A stretch of DNA of 64,000 nt, taken from assembly GCA_026646655.1 (NCBI GenBank), contig JAPKHT010000006.1, positions 4,183 through 68,182 of the forward strand. Reading direction: 5' to 3'. The notes under the pieces are model-generated. The model saw nothing but the letters and a program-made list of their open reading frames with translations, made no database searches and was not told where the DNA came from. Positions 54,869-64,000 of the stretch are shown here, in pieces. Source of the stretch: Verrucomicrobiia bacterium (lineage in GTDB: Bacteria; Verrucomicrobiota; Verrucomicrobiia; JADLBR01). The translations under genes were made by a program, and so were the position numbers. The stretch's first letter is position 1. Each line of letters begins with the position of its first letter.

Positions 54869-55225
54869 GTGACCGTCATTAACCTAGCCGACCAAGCCCC
54901 GTTCACAACCCAAGACGGCTCCACCATCCGCAGTATCCTCGACCCCACCAACGCCCCCGTCCAGAACCAGAGCCTCGCCGAGGCCTCCCTGCCATCCGGC
55001 GCCACCACCCGACCCCACTACCATAAGGCCAGCGAGGAGTTCTATTTCATTTTGGAGGGCCGCGCCCGGATGACCGTCGCCGGCGTGAACCGCGACGTCC
55101 GCCCCGGCGACGCCATCCTCATCCCCCCGGGAACCCGCCACGCCATCCGGGCGTCCACCCCACTCCGCTTCCTCTGCTGCTGCGCCCCGCCCTATTCCCA
55201 CGAGGACACTTTTTTCGACGACTGA
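54869..55225 (+). CDS. cupin-domain protein
   Basis: Cupin_2 pattern: HYHKASEEFYFILEGRARMTV...V.PGDAILIPPGTRHAI. GTG 54869 preferred over ATG 54833, which would overlap the divergent gene start. Confidence 0.65.
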   Translation: MTVINLADQAPFTTQDGSTIRSILDPTNAPVQNQSLAEASLPSGATTRPHYHKASEEFYFILEGRARMTVAGVNRDVRPGDAILIPPGTRHAIRASTPLRFLCCCAPPYSHEDTFFDD

Positions 55226-55259
55226 GCCGCCGATTCCCCACCCTTGACCTAGACTCCCC

Positions 55260-57770
55260 GTGCCCCCCGACACCTCCACCCCCATGATGCAGCAGTACCA
55301 GAGGCTCAAGGCCCAGGTGCCGCACGGCGCACTCATGCTCTTCCGCCTCGGCGATTTCTACGAGATGTTCTTCGACGACGCGAAGACCGGCGCGCGCGTC
55401 CTCGGCCTCACCCTGACCCAGCGCAATGGCGTCCCGATGTGCGGGCTCCCCTATCACGCGGCCACGCCCTACATCTCCCGCCTCATCAACGCCGGTCACC
55501 GCGTCGCGGTCTGCGACCAGATGGAGACCCCAAGGCCCGGCCAGATGGTCCGGCGCGAGATCACCCAGATCATCTCCCCGGGCAGCGTCGTCGAACTCGA
55601 GTCCCTCGACTCCCGCCGCGCCAACTACCTCGCCTCGGTCTGTCCCGCCGACGGCCGCTTCGGCTTCGCCTTCCTCGACACCTCCACCGGCGATTTCCGG
55701 CTCACCGAATTGCCGGACGCGCGGCACCTCGCAGACGAACTCGCCAAGATCGCCCCCGCCGAGATCGTCATCCCCGATGGATGGGATCCCGATGCCGCGC
55801 TCGCGAACGGGCGCGCCCCCCTGTCGCGGCACGATGGCTGGGCCTTCCAGTTCGATGCCGCCTTCGCCTCCCTCCGCGAGCACTTCCACACCCAGTCCCT
55901 GGACGGGTTCGGATGCGCCGAGATGCCCCTCGCCATCGGGGCCGCCGGCGGCCTGCTCCACTACGTCCGCAACACCCTCCGCCGCTCGCTCGCTCACGTC
56001 CAGGCGCTCTCCGTCTACAACCCCACCCACTTCATGATCCTCGACGAGACGACGCGCCGCGCGCTCGAACTCACCGAGCCACTCCGCCACGGCACCCCCC
56101 GCGAGACCACCCTGCTCGGCACCCTCGACCGCACCTGCACGGGCATGGGCGCGCGCAGGCTCCGCGATTGGATCCTCCACCCACTCCTCCAGCAGGACCA
56201 TATCGTCGCGCGCCAATCCGCCATAGGACGCCTCGCCGAGGACGAATTTCCGCTGGAGTCCCTCCGCGCCCGCCTCGGCGAGATCCCCGACATCGAGCGC
56301 GGCACCGGGCGCCTGTCCCAGGGGTCGGGCGGCGGCCGCGACCTCCTCGCGCTCGCCCACGGCCTCGGCCAGATCCCCGCCATCCGCGAGATGCTCGCAA
56401 CTCCCGGAGCCAAGCTCATCGACTCCATCCGCGACGACCTCGACACGCTCGAACCCGTCGTCTCCCTCATCGCGCGCGCGATCGACCCGGCGTGCCCACC
56501 CCACCTCCGCGACGGCGGCGTCATCGCCGATGGCTACGATCCCCCCCTCGACGAACTCCGATCCCTCGCCCGCGACAGCAAGGACTGGATCGCCCGCCTC
56601 CAGCAACAGGAACAGGAGCGCACGGGCATCAGATCCCTGAAGATCCGCTTCAATTCGGTGTTCGGCTATTTCATCGAGGTCTCGCACGCCAATGCCGCGA
56701 GCGTGCCCCCCGATTACCACCGCAAGCAGACCACCGCCAACACCGAGCGCTTCGTCACGCCCGAACTCAAGGAGATGGAGGCGCGCATCACCGGCGCCGA
56801 AGAGAAGGCCCGCGCCCTCGAGGCCGACCTTTTCCGGAAGATCCGCGATGAGGTCCTCGCTCACACCTCCGCCATCCAGCAGAACGCCGACCGCATCGCC
56901 GCGCTCGACGCCCTCGCATCCCTCGCCCACGTCGCCCGCGCCCGCGACTACCGGCGACCGGAGATCCTCGCGGAACCCTGCATCGAGATCGGCGATGGCC
57001 GCCACCCGGTGCTCGAGCACCTCAGCCTCGACGAGCGCTTCGTCCCCAACGACACCGCCCTCTCCCCCTCCTCTCGCCTGATCATCCTCACCGGCCCCAA
57101 CATGGCCGGGAAAAGCACGTACCTCCGCCAGGTCGCCCTCCTCGCCCTCATGGCGCACGTGGGCTCGTTCATCCCCGCGCGCTCCGCCCGCATCGGGCTC
57201 ATCGACCGCATCTTCACGCGCGTCGGGGCCTCCGACGACCTCTCCCGCGGCCAGAGCACGTTCATGGTCGAGATGAACGAGACCGCCAATATCCTCCACA
57301 ACGCCACCGAGCGTAGCCTCGTCGTTCTCGACGAGATCGGGCGCGGCACCAGCACCTTCGATGGCCTCTCCATCGCGTGGGCCGTGGCCGAGCACCTCCA
57401 CGACCGCATCGGCGCCCTCACGCTGTTCGCGACCCACTACCACGAGACCTCCCGCCTCGCGCGCGAACTCCGGGCTTCCAAGATGATGAACGTCGCAGTC
57501 CGGGAGTGGAACGACCAGGTCGTCTTCCTCCGCAAGATCGTCGAGGGCGCCACGGACAAGAGCTACGGCATCCAGGTCGCGCGCCTCGCCGGACTGCCCA
57601 AAGAGGTCCTGGACCGCGCCAAGGGCCTCCTACGTCAACTCGAGGAGGGCCAGATCGCCGCGGACGCCCTCGCCGAAACGTCCGCCCCCGCCGAGGCCCG
57701 CCCCAAGAAGCGCCGCAAGGGCGCCCGGCGCAACGCAACGGGCGGCCAGATGGACCTCTTTGCGGACTGA
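55260..57770 (+). CDS. mutS: DNA mismatch repair protein MutS
   Basis: TPMMQQYQRLKAQVPHGALMLFRLGDFYEMFFDDA, Walker A TGPNMAGKSTYLRQ, STFMVEMNETA, DEIGRGTSTFDG. Confidence 0.93.
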   Translation: MPPDTSTPMMQQYQRLKAQVPHGALMLFRLGDFYEMFFDDAKTGARVLGLTLTQRNGVPMCGLPYHAATPYISRLINAGHRVAVCDQMETPRPGQMVRREITQIISPGSVVELESLDSRRANYLASVCPADGRFGFAFLDTSTGDFRLTELPDARHLADELAKIAPAEIVIPDGWDPDAALANGRAPLSRHDGWAFQFDAAFASLREHFHTQSLDGFGCAEMPLAIGAAGGLLHYVRNTLRRSLAHVQALSVYNPTHFMILDETTRRALELTEPLRHGTPRETTLLGTLDRTCTGMGARRLRDWILHPLLQQDHIVARQSAIGRLAEDEFPLESLRARLGEIPDIERGTGRLSQGSGGGRDLLALAHGLGQIPAIREMLATPGAKLIDSIRDDLDTLEPVVSLIARAIDPACPPHLRDGGVIADGYDPPLDELRSLARDSKDWIARLQQQEQERTGIRSLKIRFNSVFGYFIEVSHANAASVPPDYHRKQTTANTERFVTPELKEMEARITGAEEKARALEADLFRKIRDEVLAHTSAIQQNADRIAALDALASLAHVARARDYRRPEILAEPCIEIGDGRHPVLEHLSLDERFVPNDTALSPSSRLIILTGPNMAGKSTYLRQVALLALMAHVGSFIPARSARIGLIDRIFTRVGASDDLSRGQSTFMVEMNETANILHNATERSLVVLDEIGRGTSTFDGLSIAWAVAEHLHDRIGALTLFATHYHETSRLARELRASKMMNVAVREWNDQVVFLRKIVEGATDKSYGIQVARLAGLPKEVLDRAKGLLRQLEEGQIAADALAETSAPAEARPKKRRKGARRNATGGQMDLFAD

Positions 57771-58007
57771 CTTTCCGGAGTGTGGATGCCGCCCGCGGGC
57801 GCAGCCCCAGCCTCCCGTCTCGCCGCACGGCGCGGCAAGGCCAGTCGCAGAGGAGGGCGACGAGCCGCGACGTCACGATAAGCCAACCGCGCTTCGCGAG
57901 GGGAAAGCGGCCCATTCGCGCCCCGGGTTTTCGTTCGGGGCGCCTCGGCAACGGAGGCCTGATTCGCGGTTTGAAAAGAGCGGTTGTCGCAGGCAGGATC
58001 TGCGCCC

Positions 58008-61000
58008 GTGAACCATGTCACCCCATCGCGCAAGCGCCTGGCCTGGTCGGTCGCCGCCGGCCTGTGCGCGGTCCTGTCGTCCGGCGCCGGCCGCGCGACA
58101 TCGTTTGTGATAGAGGCGGAATCGCTCGAGGTGCAGGGCGACCTGCTGCCCACCCGCGACTTTGGCCACGGGGCGCGCGAGTACCTCTCGTCTCCGTCGC
58201 CTTCTCCGTCGCCGGCAGCGGGCGCGGTGGAGCTCCCGCACGCGGGCCGCTGGCGGCTCTGGGTGCGTAGCAAGGACTACCCGAAGGACCGTCCCGGCAC
58301 GCGCAACTTCACCGTGCGCGTCGGCGCAAAGCCATCGGAAAAAGTGTTCGGACGCCACGGGCAGGAGGGCATGGAGGGCTGGCTCTGGGAGGACGGTGGC
58401 GAGTTCGATCTGCAGGCGGGCCCGAACCTCATCGTCATCGGCGAGAAATGCACGCCCTTCGCCCGGTGCGACGCGCTGATGCTAACCGACAACATGTCGT
58501 TCCAGCCCCAGGACCCACCGTGGAAGCTGCGGCAGCCTCCGGCCAAGATGGTTCCCGTGGAGATCAGGCGTCCGCTCGCTTCCGGTTCCGATCCCGAGCC
58601 GCTCCAGGCCATCGAGCCCGCCCCAGTGGCCTCGCTGCGCTCCGAGACCATGCGCCTGGATTTTCATCGCGCCGGCCCGGTGATCGCGCTGCAGCCGGCC
58701 GTGCGGGCCGGAGACAAATGGGTGCCTCTCGCCGCCGACCCATCGGCGGAGAGCTACCGGGTCCTGTTTCGCCCGAGGGACAAGGATCCGCGCATCAACG
58801 CCGGCGTCCATCCATCCTGGGATATGAGCTTTGCCGCTCCGGCCGACGTGGGCGCGGGCGGCGCGTGGGTCCGCACGACCGACGCGACGCCGACCACGCC
58901 GTGGGCCGCAGGCAAGTGTTTCGCGCTGCGTCCGTCGGCGGCCACGGCCGTGGACGCGCGCACCGTGGAGCTGGAGTTTCCACCAACGCCAGTGGGCCGA
59001 CTCAAGGCAACGTGGCGGCTGGCCGAACAGCCCGCCGGGGCGGCGGTGTCTTTGGAATTTGCCCCTTCAGTCGGCGGCCATTTCTCGCTCGGCTATCACG
59101 GCAGCGTGGCGGCGGCGCCGGCCGACCTCGATTTCCTGCTCTTGCCCTTCATGTTTCACGGAAAGCGGTTCCCATCGCGTCCGGTGACCCTGCTCAACGC
59201 CCTGACGCCCACCCCGATGGCGCTCGTCAATCGCGCCGGCGCATCGTATGCGCTCGTCGCCGAGCCGGCGGAACTCCCGTTCGAGTGGGCGTCCGCCACG
59301 AACTCGCGCTACGCGCTCGGCATCCGCAACCAGAACGCCCAGGCGCAGCCGCTCCTCTACACGCCCGTCCTCGGCCAGCCGGGCAGCGTCTGCGAGTCGG
59401 GCGCGCCCGTGCGCGGGCGATTCCGCGTCTGGATCCAACCGGGCGACTGGTTCGCCGCCTACCGCGGCGTCGCCGAGCAGGTCTTCGGGCTCAATGACTA
59501 CCGCCGCCCAACCACCAGTTCGCTCTCGGATGCGGCGATCAACCTGTTCGACCTGCTGCGCAACGAGAGATCCGGCGGCTGGGACGCCCGGGGCAAGGGC
59601 TCGTGGAACATCGAGAGCCGGAACATCTCCAGCCACGCCTCGCCCCTGACGTTCCTCAGCTACTACCTGCTGACCGGCGACGAGGAGTTCTATAACAAGT
59701 TCGCGCGGCCCGCCCTAGAGTTCCTGCTGTCGCGGCCGGGCGCGCACTTCGGCGCGGAACCCGAGATCGGCGACAATTACTACCAGCACCAGACGATGCG
59801 CGGCCCCGTGTCGGTGTACGGCGCGGCGACGTTCGCGGGCGCTCTGGCGATGACGCACGGCCGCACGCCCGCCTTCGGGGAGTGCTGCCTGAAGCCCGAT
59901 GGCACCCCGCGCGTCACGCACGGCTACAGCCACGTGCAGCCCTTCGAGGACGCCCTGGCGCTCTACCGGCTCACGGGAGAGACTCGCTGGCGCGACATGG
60001 CCGTGACCGGCGCGGACGCCTACATCGCGGAGAACCTCCGGAAGCTCCCGACAAAGGATCTCGGCACGATGCCGTTCATCAACATGAGCTTCGTGCCCGA
60101 CTGGGAGGGCCTGCTGCACGTCCACGACGCGACGGGCGAACGGCGTTTCCGCGATGCGTCGGTCTCGGCGGCGCGCTGGCTGCTGACCACGCTGTGGGTC
60201 CAGCCACCGGTTCCCGCGGGCGAAGTGACGATCCACCCCGGCGGGCGGCATGATCACGCGCGGCACATCTGGTATCTCGGCGACAAGCGGTACCGCCTCG
60301 GGGTGGTCGAGGGCGAACGGATGACGAGCGACCCGGACGCGAAGTTCGACCTGCCGCCGACGCCGCTGCCCGAGAAGCGCCTGCCCGCCTGGCAGGCCAG
60401 CAACGTCGGCCTCGGCCTGGAGCAACCATGCACCTACACCCGCCGTGGCAATCACGCCAACATCCTCATGAGCACGTGGGCGCCAAACCTCCTCAGGCTC
60501 GCGACATTGGCCCAGGAGCCGCTCTTCCGCACCGCCGCACGCAACGCCACCATCGGCCGCTTCGGGAATTACCCCGGCTACTATCTAGACGGGATGACCG
60601 ACCAATACCAGCGACCCGACTACCCGATCGTCGGGCCGGACGTGACGACGATCTATCACCACCACATCCCACCTTTCGCGGCCTACGTTCTGGATTACCT
60701 TTTCACCGACGCAGAAGTGCGCTCGGAGGGCGCGATCCAGTTCCCTGCGGTGCGCCAGTGCGGCTACGTGTGGTTTGACGCCAGGCTTCGCGGGCATGCC
60801 CCGGGCGCGGTGTACGGCCAGCCGGCGTGGCCGTGGCTGCATCGCACGGCGGCAACCGTGGACACGCCCAACGTGGATCGGGTGCTCGCGCACGGCGACG
60901 GGAAGTTCCACGTCGTGCTGCTCAATCAGGTCCGCGAGCCCCAGAAGGTGTGCGTGAAGCTCGACGCGCGGGCGCTGGGCCGCGACGTGGGAGGCGCGTG

Positions 61001-61460
61001 GGTGTGGGTGCGACAGGAAAACCGGAGATCGTGGCCAAAGAAGGCGAAGGACGGGGTCGTTTCGCTGGAGCTGGCCCCGCTGGGCATAGCCGCGCTCACC
61101 CTCGATGGCGTGAAGATCGACGTGTCGACTCATCGGGCGGCGCCGCCCGCGAAGCTCGCGCTGCCGACCGAACCCGCGCTGCGCCGCCAGCCGATCGACG
61201 GAACGAAGCTCGAGGCCATCGGCACGGAGATCGTCGTGCCGCCATTCACCTGGCGCGACCTCTTCGTCTACGTCGCGGCCAAGATCGGCGAGTGCCAATC
61301 CGCGACGCTGCGCTATCGCGTCGGCGACGGCCCGGAGCGGCAGGCGACTGCGGAGCGGTTCCCGTGGGAATTCTCCGTGCGCGTGGACGACATGCGGGGG
61401 CCGGTGACTTGGGCCGTGGACGTGACCCTGGCGGACGGACGGGTCGTGCGGGCGCCATAG
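58008..61460 (+). CDS. large secreted protein, N-terminal CBM-like beta-sandwich plus about 950 aa unassigned (putative polysaccharide-active enzyme)
   Basis: Signal peptide (KRLAWSVAAGLCAVLSSGAGRA). FVIEAESL...GRWRLWVRS...FTVRV...WLWEDGG.FDL..G.N.IVI resembles CBM6/35-type modules. Start is GTG 58008 or TTG 57984. Confidence 0.6.
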   Translation: MNHVTPSRKRLAWSVAAGLCAVLSSGAGRATSFVIEAESLEVQGDLLPTRDFGHGAREYLSSPSPSPSPAAGAVELPHAGRWRLWVRSKDYPKDRPGTRNFTVRVGAKPSEKVFGRHGQEGMEGWLWEDGGEFDLQAGPNLIVIGEKCTPFARCDALMLTDNMSFQPQDPPWKLRQPPAKMVPVEIRRPLASGSDPEPLQAIEPAPVASLRSETMRLDFHRAGPVIALQPAVRAGDKWVPLAADPSAESYRVLFRPRDKDPRINAGVHPSWDMSFAAPADVGAGGAWVRTTDATPTTPWAAGKCFALRPSAATAVDARTVELEFPPTPVGRLKATWRLAEQPAGAAVSLEFAPSVGGHFSLGYHGSVAAAPADLDFLLLPFMFHGKRFPSRPVTLLNALTPTPMALVNRAGASYALVAEPAELPFEWASATNSRYALGIRNQNAQAQPLLYTPVLGQPGSVCESGAPVRGRFRVWIQPGDWFAAYRGVAEQVFGLNDYRRPTTSSLSDAAINLFDLLRNERSGGWDARGKGSWNIESRNISSHASPLTFLSYYLLTGDEEFYNKFARPALEFLLSRPGAHFGAEPEIGDNYYQHQTMRGPVSVYGAATFAGALAMTHGRTPAFGECCLKPDGTPRVTHGYSHVQPFEDALALYRLTGETRWRDMAVTGADAYIAENLRKLPTKDLGTMPFINMSFVPDWEGLLHVHDATGERRFRDASVSAARWLLTTLWVQPPVPAGEVTIHPGGRHDHARHIWYLGDKRYRLGVVEGERMTSDPDAKFDLPPTPLPEKRLPAWQASNVGLGLEQPCTYTRRGNHANILMSTWAPNLLRLATLAQEPLFRTAARNATIGRFGNYPGYYLDGMTDQYQRPDYPIVGPDVTTIYHHHIPPFAAYVLDYLFTDAEVRSEGAIQFPAVRQCGYVWFDARLRGHAPGAVYGQPAWPWLHRTAATVDTPNVDRVLAHGDGKFHVVLLNQVREPQKVCVKLDARALGRDVGGAWVWVRQENRRSWPKKAKDGVVSLELAPLGIAALTLDGVKIDVSTHRAAPPAKLALPTEPALRRQPIDGTKLEAIGTEIVVPPFTWRDLFVYVAAKIGECQSATLRYRVGDGPERQATAERFPWEFSVRVDDMRGPVTWAVDVTLADGRVVRAP

Positions 61461-61497
61461 TCGACAACCGCGACGCTGGCCGCCGGCGGCGCGGTCT

Positions 61498-62385
61498 CTA
61501 CTCCTCGTCCGGCGCCCGCGCGAGCAGTTCCTCAAGCGCGTCGGCAGGCGCGCGCTCGCCCGCCAGCACCGCCGCCACCTGATCGACCAGCGGCGCGCGC
61601 AAACCTCGCCGCGCCGCGAGTTGCTTCAGCGCCCTCGCGGTCGTGACCCCCTCCGCCACGCCGCCCAGCGTCCGCTCGATCTCCGCCAGCGCGTCCCCTC
61701 GCGACAGCGCAAGGCCCACGCGCCGATTGCGGCTCTGATCCCCATAGCAGGTGAGCATCAGGTCGCCCGCCCCACTGAGGCCCATGAATGTCTCCGGCCT
61801 CCCCCCCAGGGCCTCGCCCAGCCGCCGCATCTCCGCCAGCGCCCGCGTCACCATCGCCGCAAGGCTGTTGTCCCCGAGCCCCAGCCCGCTGCACAGCCCC
61901 GCGCCGATCGCATAGACGTTCTTCATCGCGCCACCCAACTCCACCCCGGTCAGATCCGCGGATCGGTACACCCGGAAATTCCGCCGGTGGAAGAGCTCCT
62001 GGACCGCGCGCGCCACGCCCTCGTCCGAGCTGGCCGCAACCACCGCCGTCGGCACCCCGGCCTCGACCTCCTTCGCGAAACTCGGCCCCGAGAGCGCCGC
62101 CACGCGGCACCCGGGCCAAGCGTCGCACACGATCTCGCTCACCCGCCGAAAACCCTCCGGCTCGATGCCCTTCACCACGCTCACCACCGGGCACGGCGCC
62201 GGGGCCCACCGCGGCAGCGCCCCGGCGAGGAACTTCGAGGGGATCGCCAGCACCGCGAGATCCACGCCCTCGGCCCACCGCGTCGGATCGCCCACGTCGG
62301 ACCAGTTCACCTCATGGCCCGCGCCACGCAACATCCTCCCCAGCGCCCCGCCCCACGCGCCCGCACCCAACACCTGGACCCTCAC
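61498..62385 (-). CDS. gpsA: NAD(P)H-dependent glycerol-3-phosphate dehydrogenase
   Basis: VLGAGAWGGAL, LSGPSFAKEV, GGAMKNVYAIGAG, GLSGAGDLMLTC. GTG start overlaps the plsY stop (GTGA). Confidence 0.9.
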   Translation of the reverse strand: MRVQVLGAGAWGGALGRMLRGAGHEVNWSDVGDPTRWAEGVDLAVLAIPSKFLAGALPRWAPAPCPVVSVVKGIEPEGFRRVSEIVCDAWPGCRVAALSGPSFAKEVEAGVPTAVVAASSDEGVARAVQELFHRRNFRVYRSADLTGVELGGAMKNVYAIGAGLCSGLGLGDNSLAAMVTRALAEMRRLGEALGGRPETFMGLSGAGDLMLTCYGDQSRNRRVGLALSRGDALAEIERTLGGVAEGVTTARALKQLAARRGLRAPLVDQVAAVLAGERAPADALEELLARAPDEE

Positions 62386-63047
62386 GCCGCTCCCTCCTGC
62401 TCCCTATTCTTCTGAAATGCCCTGGGCTCCTCGCCCCGCAACAGCCGCCCGATGTTCGCGCGGTGCCTGACCACCGCAAGCACCCCAAGCGCCACGCAAG
62501 ACCAGCCCAGCGCGCCCGGCCCATATCGCCACATCCCCGCCGCGCCCAGCACCACCGCCGCCCCGATCGACGCCAGCGACACGATCCTCGACGCCGCGAA
62601 CACCACCAACCATGTCCCGAACGCCCACAGGAACGCACCGGGCAGCGCCGCCAGCAGCACGCCCGCGCTCGTCGCTATCCCCTTGCCTCCCCTCCACCCC
62701 AGCCAAGGGCAGAAGTTGTGCCCCAGCACGGCCCCCACCCCAAACACGATCCCCCGCCACTCCACGCCATCCAGGATCCCCGGGGCCATTCGCCCCACCA
62801 GCCAATCGACGCCCAGGACCCCTCCCACGCCCTTGAGCGCATCCAGCAAAAGAACCAGCCCACCCCACCCCTTGCCCAGCACCCTCCCCACGTTGGTCGC
62901 GCCGATGTTCCCGCTGCCATGCCGCCGCACGTCCACGCCTTTCGCCCGCCCCACCACGTAGCCCCAGGGAACCGATCCGACCAGGAACGCGCACGCGGCA
63001 CCGCCCGCCAACCAACCAATGATCGCGCCCAATCCGGATTCCATCAT
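62382..63047 (-). CDS. plsY: glycerol-3-phosphate acyltransferase PlsY
   Basis: ATG 63047 (M31 of the supplied ORF). GSVPWGYVVGR..GVDVRRHGSGNIGATNVGRVLG, LGHNFCPWLGWRGGKGIATS. Confidence 0.88.
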   Translation of the reverse strand: MMESGLGAIIGWLAGGAACAFLVGSVPWGYVVGRAKGVDVRRHGSGNIGATNVGRVLGKGWGGLVLLLDALKGVGGVLGVDWLVGRMAPGILDGVEWRGIVFGVGAVLGHNFCPWLGWRGGKGIATSAGVLLAALPGAFLWAFGTWLVVFAASRIVSLASIGAAVVLGAAGMWRYGPGALGWSCVALGVLAVVRHRANIGRLLRGEEPRAFQKNREQEGAA

Positions 63048-63176
63048 CCCCGCATGGTGCCCACGACACCCCTCCCCCGGCAAGCCGATCAAACTGCCCC
63101 AATCACGCGCACCGTGGGCCCGCAGCCCACGGGCCAATCCATCGCGCTTGATCCTGCCGCGCCATGTCGCAACACC

Positions 63177-64000
63177 TCAGGGCATCCACTCCAGCCGCCA
63201 GAACTTGGATCGGCCAATGGACGCCGGCACCGCGACCGTCACCTCGTCCCCCGCCGAGAAATACTCCCCCTCATCCGCCCACGGTCCCACGAGGTCCGTG
63301 CTGCTCTGCAGCAGGTACGTCTGGCCGGGTGAAGTCCGGAACCGCAACGTCATGTCACCGCCCCCACCCGGACCGGTGATGCCCATCGCCCTCAATCCCG
63401 ACCGCCTGTCCCGCGGATCGCTCCCGCTCCGCCACTCGTCCCGATCGGAGATGCCATCGCGATCGTGGTCGCTGCCCCCGTCGCACGCGGCCAAATCGCC
63501 AAACGTCTCTGCCTCCCACAAGTCGGGGATGCCGTCCCCATCGGTGTCCTCGGATACCCTGACGTAGCCCAACACGTCGGTGATCGTCACGTTGTCGATC
63601 ACCGCATCCTCGTCATTGCCAGAGTTGGTGAAGTTGAACGTGTCCGCCCACGGCAGATTCGTGGTGCCGACGGCATAGGTGGCCCTGTCGGCCAGGGTGT
63701 TCCCGTCGACCGTCACCGAGTACGTGTTCGGCCCGAAGTCCTGAAAGAACTCGATGCGATGCCAAGTCTGCATCGCAAGGCCATTGGTGTGGTAGGTCGT
63801 GCCCCACGGCCCCCGCACCCCGACCCGCCAGGTGGCCGCGTCGAACTGCGCCAGCACAAGCTGCACCTCGCTCCGGCTCGTGGTGCCCTGCGACAGAAAA
63901 ACGCGGAACTCGGCATTGCTCGAAGCGGTGCGATCCGCCAGATACGCATCGAACGCGGCCGTCCCATATCGCCGTCGGCCGGGAAATTTGAAACCGTATA
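63177..64000 (-). CDS. secreted protein with LamG-like region and thrombospondin type-3 Ca-binding repeats, C-terminal part (5' end outside the window)
   Basis: My translation shows the frame stays open from 63866 to 64000 (…YGFKFPGRRRYGTAAFDAYLADRTASSNAEFRVFLSQG…). DTDGDGIPD and DHDRDGISDRDE are TSP3-type repeats. Confidence 0.6.
   Translation of the reverse strand, partial: YGFKFPGRRRYGTAAFDAYLADRTASSNAEFRVFLSQGTTSRSEVQLVLAQFDAATWRVGVRGPWGTTYHTNGLAMQTWHRIEFFQDFGPNTYSVTVDGNTLADRATYAVGTTNLPWADTFNFTNSGNDEDAVIDNVTITDVLGYVRVSEDTDGDGIPDLWEAETFGDLAACDGGSDHDRDGISDRDEWRSGSDPRDRRSGLRAMGITGPGGGGDMTLRFRTSPGQTYLLQSSTDLVGPWADEGEYFSAGDEVTVAVPASIGRSKFWRLEWMP

Noticed and set aside
63048-63176. Hairpin CCGTGGGC-TGCG-GCCCACGG downstream of the TSP3-repeat gene as a terminator
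   Set aside because: It has an 8-bp stem but no following T-tract on the transcribed strand, so I have not called it as a feature.

Overview
High-GC bacterial chromosomal window (roughly two-thirds G+C by eye) with about 58 protein-coding genes on both strands. I found no rRNA, tRNA, CRISPR array, transposase or integrase. Most genes are core housekeeping: argS (partial), rpsT, mdh, hom-thrC, cysS, def, rnr, trpS-scpA-scpB, mutS, plsY-gpsA, trxB and hpt. There is also an aa3-type cytochrome c oxidase cluster, a feo iron-uptake cluster, a glgA/GalT-like/GH57 glycogen cluster and envelope factors (LptE-like, BamD-like). Several secreted glycan-related proteins are present (sulfatase, LamG, DUF1080-like, discoidin, TSP3-repeat). 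The gene content suggests a PVC-group organism such as Verrucomicrobiota; this is inference only. The many long ORFs with Arg/Gly/Pro-rich translations in the ORF track are shadow ORFs typical of a high-GC genome. Four things are not explained by the gene list. (1) A 211-212 nt, AT-richer, three-hairpin element occurs twice in direct orientation, each time starting exactly on the TAG stop codon of the upstream gene. (2) A modular family of intergenic palindromic repeats (REP/MITE-like, at least 7 loci) touches gene ends (rpsT stop, cysS 3' end, 5' end of a LamG gene) and shows one compensatory base-pair change. (3) A small overlapping two-gene cassette downstream of coxB (68-aa protein plus Pol-beta-type nucleotidyltransferase) resembles a toxin-antitoxin or defence module. 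(4) The feo and cox clusters have unusual architectures: a DtxR-FeoA fusion, FeoB split over two frames, a Cys-rich mini-protein, the order coxA-coxC-coxD-x-y-coxB, and a ~115-aa His/Gly-rich insertion in CoxC. All product calls come from motif recognition by eye, not from database searches, and several start codons are uncertain.
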